From Haloferax volcanii DS2 (GTDB lineage: Archaea; Halobacteriota; Halobacteria; Halobacteriales; Haloferacaceae), in assembly GCF_000025685.1 (NCBI RefSeq), contig NC_013967.1:1950001-1982000 (forward strand): DNA of 32,000 nt, in the 5' to 3' direction. Below the pieces are notes generated by a model. The model made no database searches. It saw only the letters and a list, made by a program, of their open reading frames with translations, and was not told the origin of the DNA. Below are positions 1 to 8,399 of this stretch, one piece after another; position 1 is the first letter of the stretch, and each line of letters starts with the position of its first letter. Position numbers and translations under genes: made by a program.

Positions 1-182
1 AACGGAATCGCATGCGCGGGGTCGACGCGTTCACGTTGGGACTCGACGCGATGTGTGTGTTCCCCGCGACCAAAGATTACACAAATAAGGGTGTAATCCT
101 ATCTCGTGCCCACCCGACGTTCGGTCCGTGCCCGTGTTTAGTTCGACGGTACAGGTGTGTATAAAACGGACCTCACGATTCG

Positions 183-198
183 GTAATACCGGTATTAC
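183..198. repeat. perfect 16-bp palindrome GTAATACC|GGTATTAC overlapping the GH3 stop codon
   Basis: Read directly: 183-190 gtaatacc is the reverse complement of 191-198 ggtattac. The TAA stop of the minus-strand GH3 gene lies at 195-197. Confidence 0.9.
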
Positions 199-2456
199 GA
201 TATCGCCAGCGTCTGGGTTCGGTCGCCGACGAACAGCTCGTACGCCCCGCTTTCGAGCGTCCGGGAGCCGTCCGGTTTGACGACCCGGAGGTCGTCGGCG
301 GTGAGCGTTATCATCACCGTTCGCGTCTCGCCCGGCGAGAGCGTGACCTTCGTGAAGCCCTGCAACTCACGGACGGGCGTCACCACGGAGCTGTGTCGGT
401 GCTCACCGAACAACTGGACCGTCTCGGTTCCCGCGCGGTCGCCGGTGTTCGTCACCGTCACCGACACGGTCACCTCGCCTCCGTCAGCGATGGTCTCCTC
501 GGACACGTCGAGCGAGTCGTACGTGAACTCCGTGTAGCTCAGCCCGAAGCCGAATTCGAAAAGCGGGTCGTACGACGGGAGATGTTCGTCCATCCCCAAC
601 GGACTCGGATGCGGAAGCCAGTCGTATCGAACCGGGAAGTCGCCCATCGAGCGGGGGAACGTAATCGGCAGGCGACCGGACGGGTTCGTGTTCCCGACCA
701 GCACGTCGGCAATCGCGCGACCGCCTTCGAGACCGGGGAAGAACGCGACGACGACCGCGTCGACCTGGTCGAGCACGTCCGTCAGAACCAGCGGTCGCCC
801 GGTGACGAGCACGAGGACCGTCGGCGTGTCGGTTGCGGCCACGGCGTCCAGTAGGTCCCGCTGTGCCGGTGGCAGTTCCAGCGAGTTCCGTTGCGGGAAG
901 CCGCCGTTCTCGCCGCGTAGCGACGCCGGGCCGAACTCGTGGAGGTACCACGGCTCACCGAGGACGGCGACCGTCGCGTCGGCGCGTTCGGCGCGACTTG
1001 CGACGGCGTCTCTCCCTGCGGACTCGTCCGAACCCACGCCCGGTTCGTACGTCACCGTCGTTCCGTCGTCGACGACGTGTTCCAAGCCGTCCCGAACGGT
1101 CGGGCCTTCGTTTTCGTCGAAGTCGAACACCGTCCAGCCGCCGAGGAGGTTATCGAGCGAGTCGGCGTTCGGCCCCGTCACGAAGAGTTCGTCCACGTCG
1201 CCCAGCGGCAGCGTCTCCTCGTCGTTCTGCAAGAGGGTCACGGACTGTCGGGCGGCTTCCCTCGACACCCGCCGGTGGTCCTCGGACCCCACGTCGATGA
1301 TTGCAGACCGCGGTGAGACGTACGGGTCCTCGAACAGCCCGAGTTCGAACTTCAGCGCGAGGATGCGCCGCACGCTTCGGTCGAGTAGTGACTCCGGGAG
1401 GTCGCCCGACTCGACCAGTTCACAGAGCGTGTCCGCGTGCTGGGTTCCCCCCACGGACGCGATGTCGAGTCCGGCGGTCGCGACTTGTTCGACCGCCTCG
1501 GCGAACGATGCGGCGGTCTGGTGCCGCTCGACGAGCATCCAGACGGCGAGCCAGTCGGAACAGGTCACGCCCTCGAACCCGAGGCGGTCTCTGAGGAGGT
1601 CGGTCAGGTAGAACGTCGAGGAGTGCGCGGGTTCGTTCCCGAGCGCGTTGTACATGGGCATCACCCCCGCGACCCCCTCGTCGATGGCGCGCTCGAACGG
1701 CGGGAGGAAGACGCGTCGGAGCGTCCCCATCGAGATATCGACGGGTGCCGTGTCCTCGCCGCGGGTCGGCTCACTGCTCGCCGGGTAATGTTTCACCGTC
1801 GCCGCGACTGACGTGGGGTCGCGCAACGACTCACCTTGGAGGCCCCGCGTCTCCGCCGCGACGAACGCCTCGACGAGCGACGAGGACTCGCCGTACGTCT
1901 CGTACGTTCGCCCCCATCGGGGCTCCCGGGCGACGTCCGCGGTCGGAGCGTAGTTCTGGTTCGCGCCGGTCGCCGCCATCTCGACCGCCGTGATTCGCGC
2001 GGCGCGCTCGGCGAGGTCGGGGTTCCACGTCGCCGCCATGGCGAGATTGTGCGGGAACACGGTGGCTCCCTCGATGTGCGCGTGGCCGTGAATCGCGTCG
2101 ACCGGGACGAGAAGCGGGATGCCCAGCCGCGTCTCGTTCACGGCGACGCGCTGGAGTTGATTCGCGACGCGGCCCGCGACGACGGCGGTGTTGTACGGCG
2201 AGAAGCCGGTGCCGAACGGCGTGGCCGACCCGACCTGGTGGTCGCGGATGGCGTCTTTGGCGTCATCTAACGTCGTCGTCCAAGAGGTCTCGCGCTGTAA
2301 CACGGTGAACGAGCCGACGTGCAGCCCCACCATCTGCCCGGCTTTCTCCCGGAGCGTCATGCGCTCCAGCAGGTCAGCGACCCGGGCCTCGGTCGACTGA
2401 CCTGAGCCCATGTATGGCGGCTGGCTGGTCATACTAGACGATGCTGTGAAACCCAT
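195..2456 (-). CDS. glycoside hydrolase family 3 beta-glucosidase/beta-xylosidase-like (BglX-type), no signal peptide
   Basis: 753-aa ORF with GH3 hallmarks in the translation: MTLREKAGQM near the N-terminus, a KHYP (KHF-type) motif, nucleophile context GFEGVTCSDW, and a C-terminal Fn3-like tail (LQGFTKVTLSPGETRTV). The start is ambiguous: Met codons at 2456, 2432 or 2411. Confidence 0.9.
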   Translation of the reverse strand: MGFTASSSMTSQPPYMGSGQSTEARVADLLERMTLREKAGQMVGLHVGSFTVLQRETSWTTTLDDAKDAIRDHQVGSATPFGTGFSPYNTAVVAGRVANQLQRVAVNETRLGIPLLVPVDAIHGHAHIEGATVFPHNLAMAATWNPDLAERAARITAVEMAATGANQNYAPTADVAREPRWGRTYETYGESSSLVEAFVAAETRGLQGESLRDPTSVAATVKHYPASSEPTRGEDTAPVDISMGTLRRVFLPPFERAIDEGVAGVMPMYNALGNEPAHSSTFYLTDLLRDRLGFEGVTCSDWLAVWMLVERHQTAASFAEAVEQVATAGLDIASVGGTQHADTLCELVESGDLPESLLDRSVRRILALKFELGLFEDPYVSPRSAIIDVGSEDHRRVSREAARQSVTLLQNDEETLPLGDVDELFVTGPNADSLDNLLGGWTVFDFDENEGPTVRDGLEHVVDDGTTVTYEPGVGSDESAGRDAVASRAERADATVAVLGEPWYLHEFGPASLRGENGGFPQRNSLELPPAQRDLLDAVAATDTPTVLVLVTGRPLVLTDVLDQVDAVVVAFFPGLEGGRAIADVLVGNTNPSGRLPITFPRSMGDFPVRYDWLPHPSPLGMDEHLPSYDPLFEFGFGLSYTEFTYDSLDVSEETIADGGEVTVSVTVTNTGDRAGTETVQLFGEHRHSSVVTPVRELQGFTKVTLSPGETRTVMITLTADDLRVVKPDGSRTLESGAYELFVGDRTQTLAIS

Positions 2457-2582
2457 ATCAAACTACCTCCGATGCGGGGAAACTGTTATGCCCGCGGCGA
2501 GTAACCCGTAATACGAGTAATACACGATGTCTCTCACAGCGATATTCGACACGGATGCCACCGCCTTCCGGGAGGCCCACGC

Positions 2583-2957
2583 ATGACTGACGACGAACCC
2601 ACGGACGCCCCGGAACAAAGCCCGCTGGAGCATCAAGAAGCGCCGACCGGGCTCGCAAAGCAGTGGTCAAACCGGTCGAACCAGCAGACGACGCTCCCGA
2701 ACGACGACCTCGACGTGAAATCCGAGTGGGTGGGGATAACCGTCTACCTCCCCGCGGAACTCCGCGAGGAGTTGGAGCTGGTGTTCCGAGAACACAGCCT
2801 CGAATCGAAGCGGTCGAGCGGTGCCGAGCTAAAGAAACTCCGGCACTACTACCCGCTCGTCGTCGCACTCGGTCTCGAACTGCTCGAAGACGCCGAACCG
2901 CGAGACATCGCGCCGCTTCTCTCCTACGTGATGGACCAGTACGAGACCGAACAGTAA
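2583..2957 (+). CDS. hypothetical acidic protein, possible ribbon-helix-helix-like segment
   Basis: 124-aa ORF with an ATG start and halophile-type acidic composition, divergent from the GH3 gene. The segment ITVYLPAELREELE resembles an RHH beta-strand/helix start. I recognise no family with certainty. Confidence 0.5.
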   Translation: MTDDEPTDAPEQSPLEHQEAPTGLAKQWSNRSNQQTTLPNDDLDVKSEWVGITVYLPAELREELELVFREHSLESKRSSGAELKKLRHYYPLVVALGLELLEDAEPRDIAPLLSYVMDQYETEQ

Positions 2958-3184
2958 GTTCACTATTGGGCCGGCAGATTCGACCGCGATATCGCCGCGT
3001 TCGGCGGGCTCGGCTCACTCATCGGGGTGGACCGGCGCGTCGAGGATGATTAAAGCGCTGTCGCAGGACTACTCGTCGCTCGGTCCGCGCCGGTCGACTG
3101 CGGCGCTCGCTCGTTAGGTCGTGGTGTCCTTGGTATCGAGGACCCCCGTGGTAAACACTGATTCGAGACGCGATTACCGCGAAC

Positions 3185-3480
3185 AACCCCCTATATAGTA
3201 GTGCAAATACTATTCAATAATATCTGGAGAGAATATATTAGAAGCGACGATATAGAATATCTATTCTCAGAGCTATTTTGAAGTTTTTGACTTATATTGG
3301 TATAAATGGAGGTACACTATTCAAGTATGATGTAAGTAAGTATTTATCTGAGATTTTCCCAACTCTAGTTTGATTTCAGCAATAAAGCTATTTCTCAAAG
3401 ATAGCTAATTCTCTCCATAGAAACTATACTAGCATGTATATTTGTCTGTTAACTCAGATGGCTGTATTGTTCGAATAGAG
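3185..3480. other. AT-rich non-coding island (no credible ORF)
   Basis: Visibly AT-rich sequence in a GC-rich window. It contains only very short ORFs, a 6-2-6 palindrome AGAATAtcTATTCT at 3254-3267 and AGCTAT-N9-ATAGCT at 3386-3406. Confidence 0.7.
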
Positions 3481-3551
3481 CACATATGTGGTGAAGATAC
3501 TGACCGACCGGCCTGCCTCACGGTGAGTCGTTCGCGGCGGACGCCCTCCGC

Positions 3552-3713
3552 TCACCACTCGGCGAGTCGGCCGTCGTCGTGGTGCCAGACGGGGTTGTAC
3601 CAGTTGACCTCGTCTTGGGAGCGCTCGCGGACGTACCCCTCGTCCACCTCGATACCCAACCCCGGACCGGTCGGTCGCTTGACGAAGCCGTCGTCGAGAA
3701 CCAGCGTGTTGAA
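3552..3713 (-). pseudogene. dgoD: 3'-terminal stump (about 54 codons) of an enolase-superfamily D-galactonate dehydratase (DgoD-type) gene
   Basis: The translation ...LVLDDGFVKRPTGPGLGIEVDEGYVRERSQDEVNWYNPVWHHDDGRLAEW* matches, as I recall it, the characteristic C-terminus of DgoD-family dehydratases (...KPGLGVEIDE...WRNPLWRHEDGSVAEW). Everything N-terminal of about 3713 is missing, and the listed 78-aa ORF's first ~24 residues are not dehydratase-like. Confidence 0.65.
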
Positions 3714-3923
3714 CGTGGACTGTACGTGTGTAAGGAGTGCGATACAGTGGCGAACGCGGACGTGAATGGTGCAGAGAATATTCGACAAAAGGTACTCTCA
3801 AGTCTCGCCACGGATGGCGGTGATAGGGATAGCGGCAGGTTGGCACAGCCAGCGGTTCACCTGTTCGACCGTAGTGAGGGCCGTTTCGCCCCACGAGAAC
3901 AAGTTGCTAACCGCGAACCCTAA
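3711..3923 (+). mobile_element. tnpB: 3'-terminal fragment of an IS200/IS605-family (IS1341-type) tnpB/orfB gene
   Basis: The translation ...ERGLYVCKECDTVANADVNGAENIRQKV... carries the TnpB C-terminal zinc-finger CxxC plus the RuvC-III D-x-N-G/A-A-x-N-I motif, with a TAA stop at 3921-3923. Only about 70 codons remain, and there is no N-terminal part, no tnpA and no left end. Confidence 0.7.
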
Positions 3924-4165
3924 TATCCCAACTGCGGTCGGGATTCCCGCGTTGACGAGACGCTCTGCGCCTCGTTCGCACACCAGAACGCTCTGCGTTC
4001 TGGGGACGTCTTCAGGCGCGGGGAGATGTCAACGGGGTTGGAACCCCATCGCCCTGACTGCGCGCGCCAGCGGCGGCTATCGGGGTCTGCGGGCCGTCGA
4101 GTCGACTCACCGGCCGGTATCTCGAAGAGGACATCACCGGGCAGGTCATCAGCACCGCGAAATCT
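3800..4165 (+). ncRNA. possible right-end / omega-RNA (sotRNA-like) scaffold remnant of the truncated TnpB element
   Basis: Its position (the last ~120 nt of tnpB plus downstream sequence) is where TnpB guide-RNA scaffolds are encoded. It holds a dense set of hairpins: ATCCC-N10-GGGAT at 3925-3944, a 9-bp stem CCAGAACGC-tct-GCGTTCTGG at 3983-4003, GGGGTT-gg-AACCCC at 4034-4047, and GTCGA-g-TCGAC at 4096-4106. The boundaries are not determinable by eye. Confidence 0.3.
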
Positions 4166-4167
4166 AT

Positions 4168-5493
4168 TCAGGTCGACCTGACGCGGTGAGTCGCGACGCT
4201 GTCGAGGGCGGTTTCGAGGCATTCGAGTGCGAGGTCGAGTTCGCGGTCGGTCACGTCGAGCGGCGGCAGGAGGCGAAGCGACCGCTTACCGCAGCCGAGC
4301 GTGAGAAGCCCCTCGGACAGCGCGGCCTCGAGGACCTCGTCGCGACGGTCCTTGGTATCGAATTCGACGGCAGTCATCAGCCCGAGGCCACGCACGTCAG
4401 TGAGACAGGGGGTCCGCTCGGCGAGCCGAGAGAGGTCCGAGCGGAACCGCGTGCCCTTTTCGGTCGCGTTCGCCATGAGGTCCTGTTCCTGAATGACGTC
4501 GAGCGTCAGCGTGCCCTGAATCGACGCGAGGATGTCGCCCGCACCCCACGTCGATGACAGTCGCGCTTCGGTGTCGGGGAACAGCGCTTCGTTCGCCACC
4601 GTCGCGCCGACCCGAAGCGCCTTCGCGCTGGTGATGACATCCGGTTCGAGGTCGTAGTGGTCCGAGGCCCACAGTTCGCCGGTCCGACCCACGCCGGACT
4701 GAATCTCGTCGGCGATGACGGGGATGTCGTGTTCGTCGCAGATGGCCTGTACCTCGCGCATGAACGCCTCGCTCGGGACGTGGTAGCCGCCTTCGCCCTG
4801 AACGGGTTCGAGGATGAGGAACGCCACTTGGTCGGCGGGGAGGTGACCGTGGGTATCGTCGAGTTTGTCGCGCAGCGTTTCGAGGCCCGCCATCGAGTAC
4901 GGCACGTCGTGGATGCCGCTCACTTCGGGGAACTTGCGGCGGTGGACGGACTTCGAGCGGTTGAGCGAGAGCGCGCCGAGAGTGCGGCCGTGGAACGCCC
5001 CGTCGAAGGTGATGCCGTACTTCGGGGTCTCGCAGGCGTCGTAACAGATTTTGATGGCGTTTTCGACCGCTTCGGCCCCGGAGTTCGACAGGAACACCGT
5101 GTCGAGGCCGTAGTGGTCGGTGAGGTCGGTCAGGCGGTCCATGAGGTGGGCCGGCCCGGGCAGCGACGCCGTCTCGGGCGACCCGCCGGTGCTCACGTAG
5201 AAGTCCTGACCCGCGATTTTCATCGGGTCGACGAGGTCGAGGTCGTCGAGGCGGGACCGCAGTTCGGGGTTGTTGTAGCCGAGCGGCGCGGCCGCGACGT
5301 GGCTCGTGAAGTCCAGCAACACGTTGCCGTCGGGGTCGGTACAGAACGGCCCGACGGCGTCTTTGGTGATATCCCACACGAACTCGTAGACGTACGTGCT
5401 CGTCGCGGCGGTCGACTGGTGATACTCGACCCACTCTGAGGCCTTCGGTCCCGGGAGCGACGTGACGGTCGGCTCGACTGAGTCTCGATCCAT
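4168..5493 (-). CDS. class-III (omega-) pyridoxal-phosphate aminotransferase (GabT / lysine-6-aminotransferase-like)
   Basis: 441-aa ORF with a fold-type-I class-III pattern: LDFTSHVAAAPLGYNNPEL, FLSNSGAEAVENAIK, ILEPVQGEGG, ADEIQSGVGRTG, and Lys context DVITSAKAL. The N-terminal region looks more like lysine-epsilon aminotransferase than canonical GabT. Confidence 0.88.
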   Translation of the reverse strand: MDRDSVEPTVTSLPGPKASEWVEYHQSTAATSTYVYEFVWDITKDAVGPFCTDPDGNVLLDFTSHVAAAPLGYNNPELRSRLDDLDLVDPMKIAGQDFYVSTGGSPETASLPGPAHLMDRLTDLTDHYGLDTVFLSNSGAEAVENAIKICYDACETPKYGITFDGAFHGRTLGALSLNRSKSVHRRKFPEVSGIHDVPYSMAGLETLRDKLDDTHGHLPADQVAFLILEPVQGEGGYHVPSEAFMREVQAICDEHDIPVIADEIQSGVGRTGELWASDHYDLEPDVITSAKALRVGATVANEALFPDTEARLSSTWGAGDILASIQGTLTLDVIQEQDLMANATEKGTRFRSDLSRLAERTPCLTDVRGLGLMTAVEFDTKDRRDEVLEAALSEGLLTLGCGKRSLRLLPPLDVTDRELDLALECLETALDSVATHRVRST

Positions 5494-5739
5494 ACGAACA
5501 CCCTGGTGGACAATGTAACATAAAACTACCTAGAAAAATGAGTAACGTCTTCAAAGATGGGTCTCGGTAGCCGAACGTCTGATTATCTGGGGAAGTTGTT
5601 TGATAATAACGAACTATATCGGAGCGTGCGAACGCGTCGCAGATCGCGAATCGGCGGCGGTTCGCGCCGAGGGCGCTCCTCGTGAGGTGACTCGCCACGC
5701 GCCGGAGTCGCGCGACGTTTGGAATCGTCAAAGTCCGGC

Positions 5740-6543
5740 TCACCGGGACGGGTCGAACGTGGTCGTTTCGAGGTTCACCTCGATGATGTTCGCCGCCTGC
5801 ATCACGAGTTCGGGGATTTCCGAGCGAAAGCGGTCCCCGGAGAGTCGACTCGTCGGCGCGGTGACGCTGACCGCCCCGCAGACGTCGCCGTCGACGCCGC
5901 GAATCGGTGCACCGATAGAGCGCATGCCGCGAAGCTCCTCTTCGTCGTTGACCGCGTAGCCCCGCTCGCGAATCTCCTCGAGTTCGTCGAACAGGCGGTC
6001 GGCGTCGGAGATGGTGTTGTCGGTCTGCTCGACGAGCCCCTGGTCGTCGACGATGTCGCGGACGCGGTCGTCGTCGAAGTGGCCGAGCATCGCCTTCCCG
6101 GTCGCCGTACAATGGAGGTACTGCGGGGCCTCGCGCATCCGGAGGTGGTAGTCGGTCGCGACCGCGTTGTCGCCGCGACTCTCGTAGATGGTCACCTCCT
6201 TGCCGCGGGAGACGACCGTCAGGTGGACGTACTCGCTGGTCGTCTCGGCGAGTTTGTCCACCTCGACCTGTCCCGCGCGGTACAGCGGCGTCTCGTTGCG
6301 CACGGTTTCGCCCATCGTGACCAGTCGGAGGCCGAGGCGGTAGCGGCCGTCGACCTTCGCCACGAGTCCCTCCGCTTCGAGCGTCGCGAGATAGGTGTGG
6401 ACGGTCCCCTTCGAGGCGTCGAGTTCGTCGCAGACGTCGCTGAACGTCGGGTCGGACCGCCGCTGTATCGCGGCCAGAATCTCGCTCGCCGTCTGTACGG
6501 ATTTGATTCGACGCGGGCCGTCCGCGGGGCGACTGTCGTCCAT
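5740..6543 (-). CDS. IclR-family transcriptional regulator (copy 1)
   Basis: N-terminal wHTH (IKSVQTASEILAAIQ...GTVHTYLATLEAEGLV) followed by an IclR effector domain (RGYAVNDEE..GMRSIGAPI..GAVSVTAPTSR). I prefer the Met at 6543 (MDDSRPADGPRRIKSV) over the track's 6606 because it matches the N-terminal length of the other two IclR copies. Confidence 0.9.
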   Translation of the reverse strand: MDDSRPADGPRRIKSVQTASEILAAIQRRSDPTFSDVCDELDASKGTVHTYLATLEAEGLVAKVDGRYRLGLRLVTMGETVRNETPLYRAGQVEVDKLAETTSEYVHLTVVSRGKEVTIYESRGDNAVATDYHLRMREAPQYLHCTATGKAMLGHFDDDRVRDIVDDQGLVEQTDNTISDADRLFDELEEIRERGYAVNDEEELRGMRSIGAPIRGVDGDVCGAVSVTAPTSRLSGDRFRSEIPELVMQAANIIEVNLETTTFDPSR

Positions 6544-6634
6544 ACGACCCCGAACTCGGTGGAGTGCTATTAGTTCTGTTATATCAAACTGCGATTCGAC
6601 TGACATCCCCGTTTGTCCGCTCTAGTCGCTATCT

Positions 6635-6653
6635 TGTTTGACTTTATCAAACA
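6635..6653. promoter_or_regulatory. inverted repeat TGTTTGA-N5-TCAAACA in the IclR-1 / nhaC-family intergenic region
   Basis: Read directly: 6635-6641 tgtttga and 6647-6653 tcaaaca. Related GTTTGAT(A) words occur at 6582-6589 (minus-strand sense) and 5597-5605. Confidence 0.4.
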
Positions 6654-6916
6654 TTCGCTGGTGAAATCTCCAAATAAAAATTTATATGGGACATTCATGA
6701 TTGTTCGAGTGGTATGGACTGTCAACCATCTGGCCGCCGCCGGGATGCGCCCGCGGTGGACCGGGTGCGAGCGCGCACGTATCGGCTTCCAACGACGGTC
6801 GGTGAACGCGGACCGACGGCACGCGCCGACCGCGCCGGTCCGGTCTCGGGCGGCCTCGGCCGCGGAACCCCGACGGGGCGGGCGGGCGACGGACCGCGAC
6901 CGGTGGAGGTGTCACG

Positions 6917-8386
6917 ATGGGGTTAGCGTTCGAGCCCCGCCTGTACGAGGAACTTGACGCCGACGACCGACCCTCGCTGCTCGAAGCGTTGGTCCCCGTC
7001 TTCGGGATGCTCGTCTTCCTCGGCGTCGGCATCGTCGTCTACGGCCTCGACCCGCAGTTCCCCCTGTTTTGGGGCATCAGCTTCACCGGTTTGTTCAGTC
7101 GGTACTGGCTGGGCATCTCCTGGGCGGAGCTCTACGACGGCATCACCGACAGCCTCCACATGGGGATTCAGGTCATCCTCATCATGTTCGTCGTCTACGC
7201 GCTCATCGCGACGTGGGTCGCCGCGGGGACGATTCCGAGCCTGATGTACTACGGCCTCGACCTGCTGACGCCGACGATTTTCCTGCCCATCACGGCGGTG
7301 CTCGCGTCGATCGTCACGTTCGCAATCGGGTCGTCGTGGACGGCCGCCGGCACGCTCGGCGTCTCGTTTATCGGCATCGGCGCCGGGTTGGGGATTCCGG
7401 CCCCGATGACCGCGGGGGCCATCCTCTCGGGGGCGTACATGGGCGACAAACAGTCGCCGCTGTCGGACACGACGAACCTCGCGGCCGCCGTCACGAACAC
7501 CGACCTGTTCGACCACGTCAACGCCATGCGCGACAGTTCCCTCGTCGCGTTCGGCATCGCCGTCGTGCTGTACGCCGTCCTCGGCGTCCAAGCCTCCGGA
7601 AACATCCCGGTGGGACGCATCGCCGAGATTCAGGGCGCGCTCACCGGGTCGTACGCGATCTCGGTGCTCACTTTCGCCCCGCTCGTCGTCACGTTCGGCC
7701 TCGCGCTCTACGGCGTGCCCGCGTTGCCGACGCTCGGCGCGGGCGTGTTCGCGGGCGCACTCACGTCGGTCGTGATGCAGGGAACCGCGTTCGGGGCCGT
7801 GTGGTCCATCGCGCAGTCGGGAACCTCGCCGTCGACCGGGATGGAACTCGTCGACGGCCTGCTGGCCAGCGGCGGGATGATCGGCGGCGCGTGGGTGGTC
7901 ACCATCGCCATCGCGGCGCTGTCGCTCGGCGGGATGCTCGAACGCGCCGGCATCCTCGCCGTGCTCGCACACCACCTCGGCCGGCTGAGCCGCGGTGTCG
8001 CGAGTCTCACCGGCGTGACCGCCGTCTCCGCGGTGTCGATGAACGTCCTCGCCGCCGAGCAGTACATCAGTATCGTCGTCCCCGGCATCACGCTCCGGAA
8101 CCTCTACGAGGAACAGGGACTCCAAAGCGAGAACCTCTCGCGGGCTATCGAGTCCGCGGGGACGACGACGAGCGCGCTCATCCCGTGGAACAGCGGGGCG
8201 CTGTTCATGGCCGGCACGCTCGGCGTCGGTACCCTCGAGTACGCGCCGTACTACTTCTTCGGCCTGCTGTCGCCGCTCGTCTTGCTCCTCATGGGCGTGA
8301 CCGGGTGGCAGATTACCTACCAGCCGGGCGAAGCCCCCGGGGACGCCGGCGACCGTCGCGGCTCGCCCTCGTCGACCGACGACTGA
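6917..8386 (+). CDS. NhaC-family membrane transporter (Na+/H+ antiporter NhaC / ArcD-like family)
   Basis: 489-aa polytopic membrane protein with the family signature SGAYMGDKQSPLSDTTNLAA. It has many hydrophobic segments and an acidic C-terminal tail. Confidence 0.9.
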   Translation: MGLAFEPRLYEELDADDRPSLLEALVPVFGMLVFLGVGIVVYGLDPQFPLFWGISFTGLFSRYWLGISWAELYDGITDSLHMGIQVILIMFVVYALIATWVAAGTIPSLMYYGLDLLTPTIFLPITAVLASIVTFAIGSSWTAAGTLGVSFIGIGAGLGIPAPMTAGAILSGAYMGDKQSPLSDTTNLAAAVTNTDLFDHVNAMRDSSLVAFGIAVVLYAVLGVQASGNIPVGRIAEIQGALTGSYAISVLTFAPLVVTFGLALYGVPALPTLGAGVFAGALTSVVMQGTAFGAVWSIAQSGTSPSTGMELVDGLLASGGMIGGAWVVTIAIAALSLGGMLERAGILAVLAHHLGRLSRGVASLTGVTAVSAVSMNVLAAEQYISIVVPGITLRNLYEEQGLQSENLSRAIESAGTTTSALIPWNSGALFMAGTLGVGTLEYAPYYFFGLLSPLVLLLMGVTGWQITYQPGEAPGDAGDRRGSPSSTDD

Positions 8387-8399
8387 CGAGGACCCGCAC

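Noticed and set aside
1-194. Possible gene end or start at the left edge (ATG on the minus strand at 13-11 reading out of the window; frame-3 peptide MRGVDAFTLGLDAM...)
   Set aside because: Too little sequence lies inside the window to support any call. The plus-strand peptide is Cys/Arg-rich and ends in non-protein-like sequence.
4397-6112. 571-aa minus-strand ORF spanning the aminotransferase 5' half, the intergenic region and part of IclR-1
   Set aside because: It is out of frame with two well-supported genes, runs through an AT-rich promoter region, and has Arg-rich low-complexity composition. It is a shadow frame.
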